Below, piece by piece: positions 26,679-35,348 of a stretch of 64,000 nt of DNA. Source of the DNA: Clostridia bacterium (lineage in GTDB: Bacteria > Bacillota > Clostridia > Oscillospirales > CAG-272); contig JAFVXH010000007.1 in the NCBI GenBank assembly GCA_017501225.1, positions 13,782 through 77,781 on the forward strand, read 5' to 3'. The translations under genes and the position numbers were made by a program. Numbering within the stretch: the first letter of the stretch is position 1; the number at the start of each line of letters is the position of its first letter. The notes under the pieces were generated by a model. That model saw only the letters and a program-made list of their open reading frames with translations. It was not told the origin of the DNA and searched no databases.

Positions 26679-28877
26679 ATGGCAAAAAAGCTGAAAAAAG
26701 AAAAGAAAGAGCGCATTGACGCTCCTGTGGTCTATCAGCCGATTACCGAAACCATTGAAAAGAACTATATGCCCTACGTCATGAGCGTCATCGTTTCCCG
26801 TGCGATTCCGGAGATCGACGGCCTCAAGCCCTCCCACCGCAAGCTCCTTTATACCATGTATAAAATGGGACTTCTGACAGGCCCTCGCACCAAGAGCGCG
26901 AACATCGTAGGACAGACCATGAAGCTCAACCCCCACGGTGACGCCTCCATCTATGAAACCATGGTGCGTCTGACGCGCGGAAACGCGACGCTCCTTCACC
27001 CCTTGGTGGACTCCAAGGGATCCTTCGGAAAGCAATATTCCTCCGAAATGAAGTACGCGGCATCGCGTTATACCGAATGCAAGCTGGATCCCATTTGCCA
27101 GGAGCTCTTTGCGGGAATCGACAAGGATGCCGTGGATATGGTGGACAACTACGACGCCACCATGAAGGAGCCCGTTCTGCTTCCCACGACCTTCCCCAAC
27201 GTTCTTGTTATGCCCAACATGGGAATTGCCGTCGGTATGGCATCCAACATCTGCTCCTTTAACCTCGCCGAGATCTGCGACGGCACCATCGCGCTGCTTC
27301 GCAAGCCCAATCTTTCGGTCGATAAGATGATGGAGCTGGTCAAGGCTCCCGACTTCTCGGGCGGCGGCGTGGTCCTCTACGATACGGAGCAAATGCGCCA
27401 GATCTACACCACGGGTCAGGGCTCTGTGCGTCTGCGCGCGCGCTATTCCTACGACAAATCGCAAAGCTGTATCGACATCCTGCAGATCCCCTATTCCACC
27501 ACCATCGAGCTGATCCTGGCAAAGCTGACAGCTCTGTATAAGGAGGGCAAGCTCAAGGAGGTCACCGACTTCCGTGACGAGATCGACCTGAGTGGATTTA
27601 AGCTGACACTGGACATCCGCCGCGGTGTGGATCCCGATCAGCTGATGACAAAGCTCTTTAAGCTCACTCCCTTGGAGGATTCCTTCAAGTGCAATTTCAA
27701 CATCCTCATTGACGGAGCTCCCCGCACGATGGGTCTGATCGAGATCCTGCAGGAGTGGATCCGCTTCCGCCTTGGGTGCCTCAGGCGCGAGATCGCCTTT
27801 GATCTCAAAAAGAAGAAGGACAAGCTCCATCTGCTCTTGGCACTTGGCAAGATCTTGCTTGACATCGATAAGGCAATTCGCATCATCCGCCACACCGAAA
27901 AGGACGCGGACGTCGTGCCCAATTTGATGAAGGGCTTTGACATTGACGAGATCCAAGCCAACTACATTGCCGAGATCAAGCTCCGCAATCTCAACAGAGA
28001 GTACATTATCAACCGCATCTCCGAGATCGAGGATCTGCAAAAGGAGATCGCGGATATGGAGGAAACGCTTGGCGACGAGCTCAAGCAAAAGGCGCTGATC
28101 ATCAACCAGCTGACCGAGATCAAAAAGAAATACGGTCAGCCCAGAAAGACGCAGATCGTCGCTCTGGAGTCGGTCGGCGTTTACCGTGCCGAGGAGCATA
28201 CCGAGAAATACCCTGCGCGCTTTGTTCTGACGCGCGAAGGCTACTTCAAGAAGATCACCTTCCAATCCCTGCGCGGAAACGACGAGCAAAAGTGCAAGGA
28301 CGGTGACGAGATCGTCAACATCTTTGACGGCGAGAATACCGACAACCTCATCTTCTTTACAGACCGATGCCAGCTCTATCGCGCGAAGGCAGACGATTTT
28401 GACACCACCAAGGCGTCGGCACTCGGCGATTATCTGCCCGTCAAGCTGGGTATGGATCCCGACGAAAAGCCCGTGATGATGAACATTCAGAACGGATATC
28501 CGCAAAAGGACAATTTCGTCTTTATCTTTGCAAACGGCAAGGGCGTGCGCGTATCCGCCTCCTGCTACGAAACCACGGGAAATCGCCGCAAGCTGACCTC
28601 CGCTTATTCCAAGAACTCCCCCATCGTGGCGGTCTTCTATGAGAAGGCACCGATGGATATTATGCTGACCTCCTCGGAGGGACGCGGCATCGTCATCAAA
28701 TCCTCTCTCATCCCGCTGATGGCGACCAGAACCTCGGGCGGCGTCACCTTGATGAGCATGAAGAAGGGACACACCGTGATCAGCGCGACCACTGACATCG
28801 AAAAGCTTCCCGAGGGTGCCAAGAGCCTGAAAAAGCTCAAAATTCCCGCAGCGGGCGTTCCGCTGCCCAAGTCCTGA
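26679..28877 (+). CDS. type IIA topoisomerase subunit A (ParC/GyrA-like paralog)
   Basis: 732 aa. ...YMPYVMSVIVSRAIPEIDGLKPSHRKLLY..., ...GKQYSSEMKYAASRYTECKL... (catalytic Tyr context), beta-pinwheel-like C-terminus. No subunit B gene is adjacent. Confidence 0.85.
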   Translation: MAKKLKKEKKERIDAPVVYQPITETIEKNYMPYVMSVIVSRAIPEIDGLKPSHRKLLYTMYKMGLLTGPRTKSANIVGQTMKLNPHGDASIYETMVRLTRGNATLLHPLVDSKGSFGKQYSSEMKYAASRYTECKLDPICQELFAGIDKDAVDMVDNYDATMKEPVLLPTTFPNVLVMPNMGIAVGMASNICSFNLAEICDGTIALLRKPNLSVDKMMELVKAPDFSGGGVVLYDTEQMRQIYTTGQGSVRLRARYSYDKSQSCIDILQIPYSTTIELILAKLTALYKEGKLKEVTDFRDEIDLSGFKLTLDIRRGVDPDQLMTKLFKLTPLEDSFKCNFNILIDGAPRTMGLIEILQEWIRFRLGCLRREIAFDLKKKKDKLHLLLALGKILLDIDKAIRIIRHTEKDADVVPNLMKGFDIDEIQANYIAEIKLRNLNREYIINRISEIEDLQKEIADMEETLGDELKQKALIINQLTEIKKKYGQPRKTQIVALESVGVYRAEEHTEKYPARFVLTREGYFKKITFQSLRGNDEQKCKDGDEIVNIFDGENTDNLIFFTDRCQLYRAKADDFDTTKASALGDYLPVKLGMDPDEKPVMMNIQNGYPQKDNFVFIFANGKGVRVSASCYETTGNRRKLTSAYSKNSPIVAVFYEKAPMDIMLTSSEGRGIVIKSSLIPLMATRTSGGVTLMSMKKGHTVISATTDIEKLPEGAKSLKKLKIPAAGVPLPKS

Positions 28878-28897
28878 CAGAAAGGAACCGTAATACC

Positions 28898-29023
28898 ATG
28901 CAAAAGAAATCATCCTCCCACACTCCTATGTGGGTGCGCGTGACCGCCATCGCCATGGCGATCCTGACCTCCTCGGGAATTTTGGCATACCTGATGTTTT
29001 TCCTGATCGGGTTGTTCTCTTAA
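28898..29023 (+). CDS. possible 41-aa single-TM small protein
   Basis: My translation is MQKKSSSHTPMWVRVTAIAMAILTSSGILAYLMFFLIGLFS. It begins 21 nt after the parC-like stop and lies before the terminator. The RBS is weak (AAAGGAA). It is not in the track because it is shorter than 60 aa. Confidence 0.35.
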   Translation: MQKKSSSHTPMWVRVTAIAMAILTSSGILAYLMFFLIGLFS

Positions 29024-29056
29024 AATAAAGCCCGGCAGACAGCATAGAAATGCAAA

Positions 29057-29095
29057 AATACTGCATACCTCTTTTGAGGTATGCAGTATTTTTTG
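29057..29095. terminator. bidirectional rho-independent terminator
   Basis: AATACTGCATACCTC-tttt-GAGGTATGCAGTATT 15-bp perfect stem, A-run before it and TTTTT after it. Confidence 0.85.
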
Positions 29096-29121
29096 AAAAC
29101 CGTCCTTTTTATACGATCATG

Positions 29122-29793
29122 TTATTCCTTCGGTCTTCTCTTAACAACGTTATCCATTGCCTTGACGATGCAATCGGCGGGGATGACACCGCGCACCGAG
29201 GTCAGGGGATAGACGCTTGTTTTCTTGCCGATGACAGTACCCGGATTGAGCACACAGCCGCATCCGATATCCGCACCGTCGCCAAGCATCGCGCCGAATT
29301 TGCGCAGTCCCGTTTCATAATTCTCGTCACCGCGTACCACGATATTCGCGCCGTCCGCCTTGAAGTTGGAGCAGATCGCGCCCGCGCCCATGTGCGCGTT
29401 GTTTCCCAGCACGCTGTCGCCCACGTAGTTGTAGTGCGGTACCTGAACGTGCTCCAGAAGCACACAGTTTTTCAGCTCGGTAGAGTTTCCGATCACACAG
29501 TCAGAGCCCGTGATGACGTTTCCGCGGATGTACGCGCCCGGGCGGATCTCGGTTCTGTGTCCGATCACGCAGGGAGGCAAAATAGTAGCCGTTGCGGCAA
29601 TGCTCACACCCTCGCCGACGAGAACCCCCTCCGCATACAGCGTAAAGCCCGCGGGGGGATTTTCCAGCAAGCCCTTGATATAAGACTTGATGCTCGGGAG
29701 CGCCTGCCACGGATATTCCGTCGCATTCAAAAGCTCCGCAAGGTAAGGTGTCCTTACCTCGTACAGCTCCTTCGTTTTGACAAGCTTTAGCAT
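29122..29793 (-). CDS. left-handed beta-helix (hexapeptide repeat) acyltransferase, GlmU C-terminal-domain-like
   Basis: 223 aa with repeated [LIV]-G-x4 hexapeptides (VIGHRTEIRPGAYIRGNVITGSDCVIGNSTELKNCVLLEHVQV...VGDSVLGNNAHMGAGAI...). The start overlaps the glmM stop by 7 nt. Confidence 0.8.
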   Translation of the reverse strand: MLKLVKTKELYEVRTPYLAELLNATEYPWQALPSIKSYIKGLLENPPAGFTLYAEGVLVGEGVSIAATATILPPCVIGHRTEIRPGAYIRGNVITGSDCVIGNSTELKNCVLLEHVQVPHYNYVGDSVLGNNAHMGAGAICSNFKADGANIVVRGDENYETGLRKFGAMLGDGADIGCGCVLNPGTVIGKKTSVYPLTSVRGVIPADCIVKAMDNVVKRRPKE

Positions 29794-31397
29794 ACGTGTC
29801 CTCCGTCCTCGATCGCCTTGCCGATCATATCGACGTATTCACGGCACTGATCTGCATCCTCGCTCTCGACCATCACGCGGACGACAGGCTCGGTCCCACT
29901 CTTGCGCAGAAGCACCCTTCCCTTCTTCTGGATGATCTTTTCCACTGTCCTGACCGCCTCCTGGACACCTGCGTCGTTGATGGCGCCATCCTTGTCCTTG
30001 ACGCGGTAATTCTTCATATGCTGGGGATAGATCGTTACGGGCTCGGCGAGCTTGGAAAGCGTACCCTTGGAATCGCAGATCTCCTCGGTCAGCATGATTG
30101 CCGTCAGGAGTCCGTCACCCGTGGTCGCGTATTTCCTGAGAATGATATGTCCGGACTGCTCACCGCCCAGAGCATAATCGTTCTCCTGCATGCACTCGTA
30201 TACGAAGCGGTCGCCGACCGTGGTCTGCGCGCACTTGATGCCCGCGCGGCGCAGGCTTTCCACAAAGCCGCTGTTGGACATGACGGTCGCAACGACGGTA
30301 TCGTTGGTCAGCATGCCTCTGGATTGCAGGCGCTTCGCCAGAATATACATCATGCAATCGCCGTCCACCACGTTTCCGTGCTCGTCCACGGCAATGCAGC
30401 GGTCCGCGTCGCCGTCAAAGGCAAAGCCGACGTCCAGATGACGCTCACGTACCAGACGGCAGAGAGCCTCGATATGCGTCGATCCGCAGCCCTGATTGAC
30501 GTTCAGTCCGTCGGGCTCCGTACCGATGGTTTCTACCTGCGCGCCAAGTGCGCTGAATACCGCTCTCGCGATCATCCAGGATGCTCCGTTCGCGCAGTCC
30601 AGACCGATGCGCAGATTTTTATAGGAATGAGAAGCCAGAGAGATCAGATACGCAACGTATCGGTTTCTGCCCGCAACGTAGTCGACGATGCAACCGATCC
30701 TCTCTCTATGCTCCAAGGGAAGATCCGGACCGCAAACACCGAGTGCATTCAGATCGGAGTCAAGGTATGCCTCGATCAAGGCGGTGGTGTCGTCGTCCAG
30801 CTTTTCACCGTAGCGATTGACGATCTTGATGCCGTTATCGTAGAAGGGGTTGTGGGATGCGGTGATCATGATGCCGCAATCAAACTCATCCTGACGCGTC
30901 ACGTAGGAAACGCTGGGCGTGGTAGTCACGTGCAGCATATACACGTCAGCCCCCGATGCCGTAAGGCCTGCTACGATGGAATACTCCAGCATATAGCTGG
31001 AACGTCTGGTATCCTTACCGATCACGACCTTAGGGCGGTGATTGCGCTTGTTGCCCGACAGGGGAGATGCGTAATACCAGCCAAGGAAGCGACCGATCTT
31101 GTATGCGTGCATGGAGGTCAGCTCAATATTTGCCTCGCCGCGGAAGCCGTCCGTACCGAAATAACGGTTTCTCTGTCTGGCTCCCGACGGTTGGATCTCG
31201 TGCTTCTCCTGCAACAGCTCATCGGTGCTGATGCCAAAGAATTCGCACAGCTGCAAAATCGTTTCAAGCTGTGGGACCGCCTGCCCCATCTCCCATCGGG
31301 AAATCGCCTGTCTGGAAACCGAGATGTGCTCGGCGAGCTGCTCCTGCGAGATTCCTGCCAGATTGCGCAGGGTGGTTATCTTTTTTCCAATCGTCAT
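29787..31397 (-). CDS. glmM: phosphoglucosamine mutase with an N-terminal XRE-family HTH domain (fusion)
   Basis: 536 aa. aa 1-65, MTIGKKITTLRNLAGISQEQLAEHISVSRQAISRWEMGQAVPQLETILQLCEFFGISTDELL, form a Cro/C1 HTH. The rest is GlmM: YFGTDGFRG, ITASHNPFYDNGIK, FDGDADR, GGEQSGH. There is no in-frame ATG/GTG/TTG near the junction. Confidence 0.9.
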   Translation of the reverse strand: MTIGKKITTLRNLAGISQEQLAEHISVSRQAISRWEMGQAVPQLETILQLCEFFGISTDELLQEKHEIQPSGARQRNRYFGTDGFRGEANIELTSMHAYKIGRFLGWYYASPLSGNKRNHRPKVVIGKDTRRSSYMLEYSIVAGLTASGADVYMLHVTTTPSVSYVTRQDEFDCGIMITASHNPFYDNGIKIVNRYGEKLDDDTTALIEAYLDSDLNALGVCGPDLPLEHRERIGCIVDYVAGRNRYVAYLISLASHSYKNLRIGLDCANGASWMIARAVFSALGAQVETIGTEPDGLNVNQGCGSTHIEALCRLVRERHLDVGFAFDGDADRCIAVDEHGNVVDGDCMMYILAKRLQSRGMLTNDTVVATVMSNSGFVESLRRAGIKCAQTTVGDRFVYECMQENDYALGGEQSGHIILRKYATTGDGLLTAIMLTEEICDSKGTLSKLAEPVTIYPQHMKNYRVKDKDGAINDAGVQEAVRTVEKIIQKKGRVLLRKSGTEPVVRVMVESEDADQCREYVDMIGKAIEDGGHVC

Positions 31398-31439
31398 AAA
31401 AAATCCTCACTTTTTTTGCATGTTTGGCATGATACCTTC

Positions 31440-31468
31440 ATTATATCAGATCAACGCTCCGATATCAA
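31440..31468 (-). promoter_or_regulatory. sigma-A type promoter for the HTH-glmM operon
   Basis: Minus strand: TTGATA (31468-31463), 17 nt, TG-extended TATAAT (31445-31440). Confidence 0.55.
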
Positions 31469-31595
31469 CCCATTTCCTATTGCATTTTTTCGCAACTTTC
31501 GGTTGCATTTTTGTAAAATTCGACAGATTCTCTTTTCCTTTCTAAAGGATTCCCAGCTTCAATGCAACCCATGCGTTACAATGGACGGTATCTTT

Positions 31596-32171
31596 TTAGT
31601 TTTGTGGCTGCGTAGGATCCGCGCCTCCCGCAAGCAGGATCTGATAGCATTGATCGTCATTGACCTCGATCCGCACTCCCTCAATATGCAGAAAGCGGGC
31701 ATCCGCGTAGTTGTAAGAGGAAAGCGGTCGGTCAATGACATCATTGGTCTGGGCACTGACCAGAATTTCCTCTCCTTCTTTTCCCGTAATGACAAGGCTG
31801 TGGTACCACGCGCCGCTTGCGTTCCGAAGCTGTACTACGTCGCCAAGCTCTGCCGCCTCCGCCGACACAAGACTCGCAAAAGGACCGACCCCACCGTTGC
31901 GGGACGCAAAGCTCGGTGTCATCGTCATAAAATCATAGAAATAGTCCACTCCCGTCCATGCGGGTGCGCGATCCTCCAAGGAAACGTAGTACCATCCGAA
32001 ATCCGGCGTGTAATTCATCACGCAGCTCCCTGCCAGCACACATTGCGAGGCAAAATTGGTACAGTTTCCTCCAATCTCCGAAAAATCCGCGAACAGCGGA
32101 TTTTGTGACAGCGCCCATTTCTTGGCATATTCCACGGCACGCTCGCGTTGATAAGGCTTTGTAACCAGCAT
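31596..32171 (-). CDS. putative amidase-domain protein (Amidase_6-like)
   Basis: 191 aa. ...YAKKWALSQNPLFADFSEIGGNCTNFASQCVLAG...GWYY...WTGVDYFYDF...GDVVQL...WYHSLVIT matches my recollection of the putative-amidase (NlpC/P60-like Cys) family. Confidence 0.65.
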   Translation of the reverse strand: MLVTKPYQRERAVEYAKKWALSQNPLFADFSEIGGNCTNFASQCVLAGSCVMNYTPDFGWYYVSLEDRAPAWTGVDYFYDFMTMTPSFASRNGGVGPFASLVSAEAAELGDVVQLRNASGAWYHSLVITGKEGEEILVSAQTNDVIDRPLSSYNYADARFLHIEGVRIEVNDDQCYQILLAGGADPTQPQN

Positions 32172-32278
32172 CGTAAATCCCCCCTGCTTCTGAATTTAAG
32201 CAATTCAGTAAAGGATATGACGTCCGTGCGACAGGCGTGAAAAAGCCCTCATCACGCTTCGTGTGAGGGCTTGATCTA

Positions 32279-33415
32279 TCAAGGAAGATAGGTTTCAAAG
32301 CAATATTTGACGTCTGCCATCGTATAGTAGCAGGACTTGCGTACCGACTCCGCCGAGGCGTCGCCCAGCACCAGCACGTATTTTTCACCGCTTCCCTGCT
32401 TGGTTCCGAAGCAGACGAGGAAGGAGGAATCCCAATATCCCGTCTTGCCACCCTGAAGGGTAGCTCCCGCGATCTTGAAATCTTCCTTTGCATATTCCTT
32501 GTATGCTTCCTTGCGCTGGGTGTGCAGCGTATTATAATAGGTAAAACGGAACTCCTCGTACATCCCGTCCTTGTAGTACCAGCCACGGGATACGTATGTC
32601 GGGCAGGAAAGAATCTGCGTAATCATGTCGCTTTGCAGGGCATACGAGAGGATCATTGCCATCTCACGCGCCGTGGTATAGTTGTTTTCACTTTCATAGC
32701 CGACAGCGTTGTCAAAGTGGGTATTGACCAGCCCTAACTGCTCCGCCTTTGCATTCATCAGCTCGGCAAACGCCTCTTCACTTTCGCAGATCTCCAAGAC
32801 CACCATCATCACGCAGTCCGAGGCGGATTCGAGCGCGATCCCGTAAAGCAGATCGCGGATCTTGATCTCATCTCCTACGTCGTGTCCGTAGATCTCGCAT
32901 TCGGTGTGATGCCCCGTGCGGACGTAATCCCAGATCTCCTGCGTCAAGGTCACCTTGCGGTCAAGATCCTCTGTCTTCAGATTCTCGCAAGCGACGATCA
33001 AGGTCATGACCTTTGTCATGGAGGCAGGGGAAAGACGCGCATCCGCCTGCTTGCCCGCAAGCACACGGGAACCGTCCCCGTTCATCATAAACATAAATTG
33101 GGAATATAATTCATCCCCTGCCACAGCCGTGCCGGCATTCTCCGTCGGGCGCTTGGGTACAACGCCGTTTTCAAATACGTACGGATCGTCAGAGGGCGTC
33201 GGGACTGTCTGCGCGGGCGGCGTGCTCTGCGCCGTTCCGTCCCCCGTCGGGGGCAACAGACGGATCGGCATATAAGTAAATAGTAGATAAGCCACCAGAA
33301 CCGCTTCCAGAACGGCAAACGCAAGAAGCACCCATAGGAAAACGCGCTCCTCCAGAATGCCCTTTTTCTTCTCATCTATTCTTTTGTCAGCTTTTACTTT
33401 CTTTTCGGTTGACAA
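32279..33415 (-). CDS. serine-type D-Ala-D-Ala carboxypeptidase (S11, low-MW PBP)
   Basis: N-terminal TM. SxxK as SPASMTKVMT, and KTG as GGKTGYW. TTG start 7 nt after AGGAG. Confidence 0.85.
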   Translation of the reverse strand: MSTEKKVKADKRIDEKKKGILEERVFLWVLLAFAVLEAVLVAYLLFTYMPIRLLPPTGDGTAQSTPPAQTVPTPSDDPYVFENGVVPKRPTENAGTAVAGDELYSQFMFMMNGDGSRVLAGKQADARLSPASMTKVMTLIVACENLKTEDLDRKVTLTQEIWDYVRTGHHTECEIYGHDVGDEIKIRDLLYGIALESASDCVMMVVLEICESEEAFAELMNAKAEQLGLVNTHFDNAVGYESENNYTTAREMAMILSYALQSDMITQILSCPTYVSRGWYYKDGMYEEFRFTYYNTLHTQRKEAYKEYAKEDFKIAGATLQGGKTGYWDSSFLVCFGTKQGSGEKYVLVLGDASAESVRKSCYYTMADVKYCFETYLP

Positions 33416-33529
33416 TGCTTTTCTCCTTGTACGGTCTTATAAAAAAATTGTATCTTAAAACAAATGTCGTGTCAAGTCCTTTTTGTAAATATCTCGACAA
33501 AAAAATTTTTATTTTTTTCAGAAAAGTTA

Positions 33530-33558
33530 TTGACATATGTCACAAACTATGCTATAAT
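33530..33558 (+). promoter_or_regulatory. consensus sigma-A promoter with an overlapping 12-bp palindrome
   Basis: TTGACA (33530-33535), 17 nt, TATAAT (33553-33558). The perfect palindrome TGACATATGTCA (33531-33542) overlaps the -35. Confidence 0.65.
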
Positions 33559-33592
33559 AAGCGTGTAAGAGAACAGGATGGGAGGATCGCAT

Positions 33593-33982
33593 ATGGCAAG
33601 ACCAAAAAAAGAACGCGTCATATGCGCCCTGCCACGCACAACGCGCTTTCGTGCGGAGAGCACCGGGAGCGAAGAATACGTAGTCCTGACTCTGGATGAA
33701 TACGAGGTCATCCGCTTGCATAGTCTGGAGCATCTTGAGCAAGCGCAGATCGCCTCGCAAATGCTGGTTTCAAGGCCCACCGTAGCAGCGCTCCTTGCCT
33801 CCGCTCACCAAAAGCTGGCGGACGCGCTGGTCAACGGGAAGTCGATCGAGATCAGCGGCGGTACCTGCCGCGTCTGCGAGATCGGTCTTGCCTGCCCCAA
33901 GGAAAAATGCGCGGAGGATTGTCGGAAGCGTCATCGCTGCAAGGCATCCTGCCGGTCGGGCTGCGAGAGCTGTACCCCGTAA
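33593..33982 (+). CDS. DUF134 (UPF0251) predicted DNA-binding protein with a Cys-rich C-terminal tail
   Basis: MARPKKERVICALPRTTRFR...LTLDEYEVIRLHSLEHLEQAQIASQMLVSRPTVAALLASAHQKLADAL is the DUF134 pattern. The last roughly 40 aa contain 10 Cys. The ATG at 33593 follows GGGAGGA. Confidence 0.8.
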   Translation: MARPKKERVICALPRTTRFRAESTGSEEYVVLTLDEYEVIRLHSLEHLEQAQIASQMLVSRPTVAALLASAHQKLADALVNGKSIEISGGTCRVCEIGLACPKEKCAEDCRKRHRCKASCRSGCESCTP

Positions 33983-34044
33983 ATCCATATCAATTTTGTT
34001 TCCCCAAAAAATATATAAAATTATAAGAATTAGGAGATTTGATT

Positions 34045-34593
34045 ATGAAAAAATGGAGATGCACCGTTTGCGGAGAAATCGTGGAGTCTGACGTAAGACC
34101 TGACAAATGCCCCCTTTGCAAGCAGCCCGGCGAGAAATTCGAGGAGGTTGTTGAGAATGGCGAGATGAGCTGGGCAACCGAGCACGTTGTCGGCATTGCC
34201 AAGGACGCTCCCATGGAGATCATCGAGGGTCTGCGCGCAAACTTCCAGGGCGAATGCACCGAGGTCGGCATGTACCTTGCAATGTCCCGCGTAGCGGCAA
34301 GAGAGGGCTATCCCGAGATCGCGCTCTACTGGAAGGAAGCAGCGCTGGAGGAGGCTGAGCACGCAGCAAAGTTCGCTGAGCTTCTCGGTGAATGCGTATG
34401 CGATTCCACCAAGCAGAACCTGACCGTCAGAGTCGAGGCTGAAAACGGCGCGACCGCAGGCAAATTTGACTTGGCAAAGATGGCAAAGGAGCTGGGCCTT
34501 GACGCCATCCACGACACCGTTCACGAGATGGCAAAGGACGAGGCCCGTCACGGCAGAGCATTCGCAGGCCTGCTTGAGAGATACTTCGGCTAA
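34045..34593 (+). CDS. rbr: reverse rubrerythrin (N-terminal rubredoxin-like CxxC...CxxC, C-terminal diiron ferritin-like domain)
   Basis: [29 protein letters not shown], then ...[13 protein letters not shown]...[13 protein letters not shown]...[12 protein letters not shown]. Confidence 0.9.
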   Translation: MKKWRCTVCGEIVESDVRPDKCPLCKQPGEKFEEVVENGEMSWATEHVVGIAKDAPMEIIEGLRANFQGECTEVGMYLAMSRVAAREGYPEIALYWKEAALEEAEHAAKFAELLGECVCDSTKQNLTVRVEAENGATAGKFDLAKMAKELGLDAIHDTVHEMAKDEARHGRAFAGLLERYFG

Positions 34594-34634
34594 TTGCGCC
34601 AACACACTGTTAGCAGAACAGAGAGGATAGAACG

Positions 34635-35144
34635 ATGAACGAGAAGATCAAAACCCTGCTGAATGAGCAGATCAACAAGGAACTTTACAGCGCATACCTG
34701 TACGTGGACATCGCCAATTACTACGACGCACTTGACCTTGACGGTTACGCAAATTACTACATGATCCAGGCTCAGGAGGAGCGCGACCACGCTCTGCTGT
34801 TTATGAAGTACATGCAGAACAACGGTTGGAAGGTAACGCTTGAGGCGATTGCCAAGCCCGATAAAACCTACGGCAGTATTCTGGATCCTCTTGAGGCTGC
34901 CGCAGAGCACGAGCGTTACGTCACATCCCTGATCAACGCGATCTATCACGAATGCTATGAGGCGAGAGATTACCGCACGATGAAATTCCTTGACTGGTTT
35001 GTTGACGAGCAGATGGAGGAAGAGGACAATGCGGACTCTATGATCAACCGCTATAAGCTGTTCGGAAGCGACCCCAAGGGGCTGTACGCGCTGGATCAGG
35101 AATACGCAGGACGCGTCTACACCGCACCGAGTCTGGTTCTTTGA
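34635..35144 (+). CDS. ftn: non-haem ferritin
   Basis: LLNEQINKELYSAYLYVDIANYY...MIQAQEERDHALLFMKYM...EHERYVT...FLDWFVDEQMEEE. Confidence 0.9.
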   Translation: MNEKIKTLLNEQINKELYSAYLYVDIANYYDALDLDGYANYYMIQAQEERDHALLFMKYMQNNGWKVTLEAIAKPDKTYGSILDPLEAAAEHERYVTSLINAIYHECYEARDYRTMKFLDWFVDEQMEEEDNADSMINRYKLFGSDPKGLYALDQEYAGRVYTAPSLVL

Positions 35145-35198
35145 TCCTAAGCATCACAGCATCCGGACGGACACATTCAAGGCAATAAAACAAAAAAT

Positions 35199-35228
35199 AC
35201 AGGGGACAGATCGCGATCTGTCCCCTGT
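35199..35228 (+). terminator. 30-nt perfect palindrome after ftn (probable terminator, no U-tract on the + strand)
   Basis: ACAGGGGACAGATCG|CGATCTGTCCCCTGT. The A-run lies on the 5' side only. Confidence 0.45.
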
Positions 35229-35348
35229 TGCCATCCGTAAGAAAAAACATCCTTTCCTATCAAAAAAACAGGGAGCGGTTCTTGACTTTTTTCGCGGGGT
35301 ATGCTAAAATAAAAGTGTAATCATTTTTTTGGAGTTTGGAGGTACATC

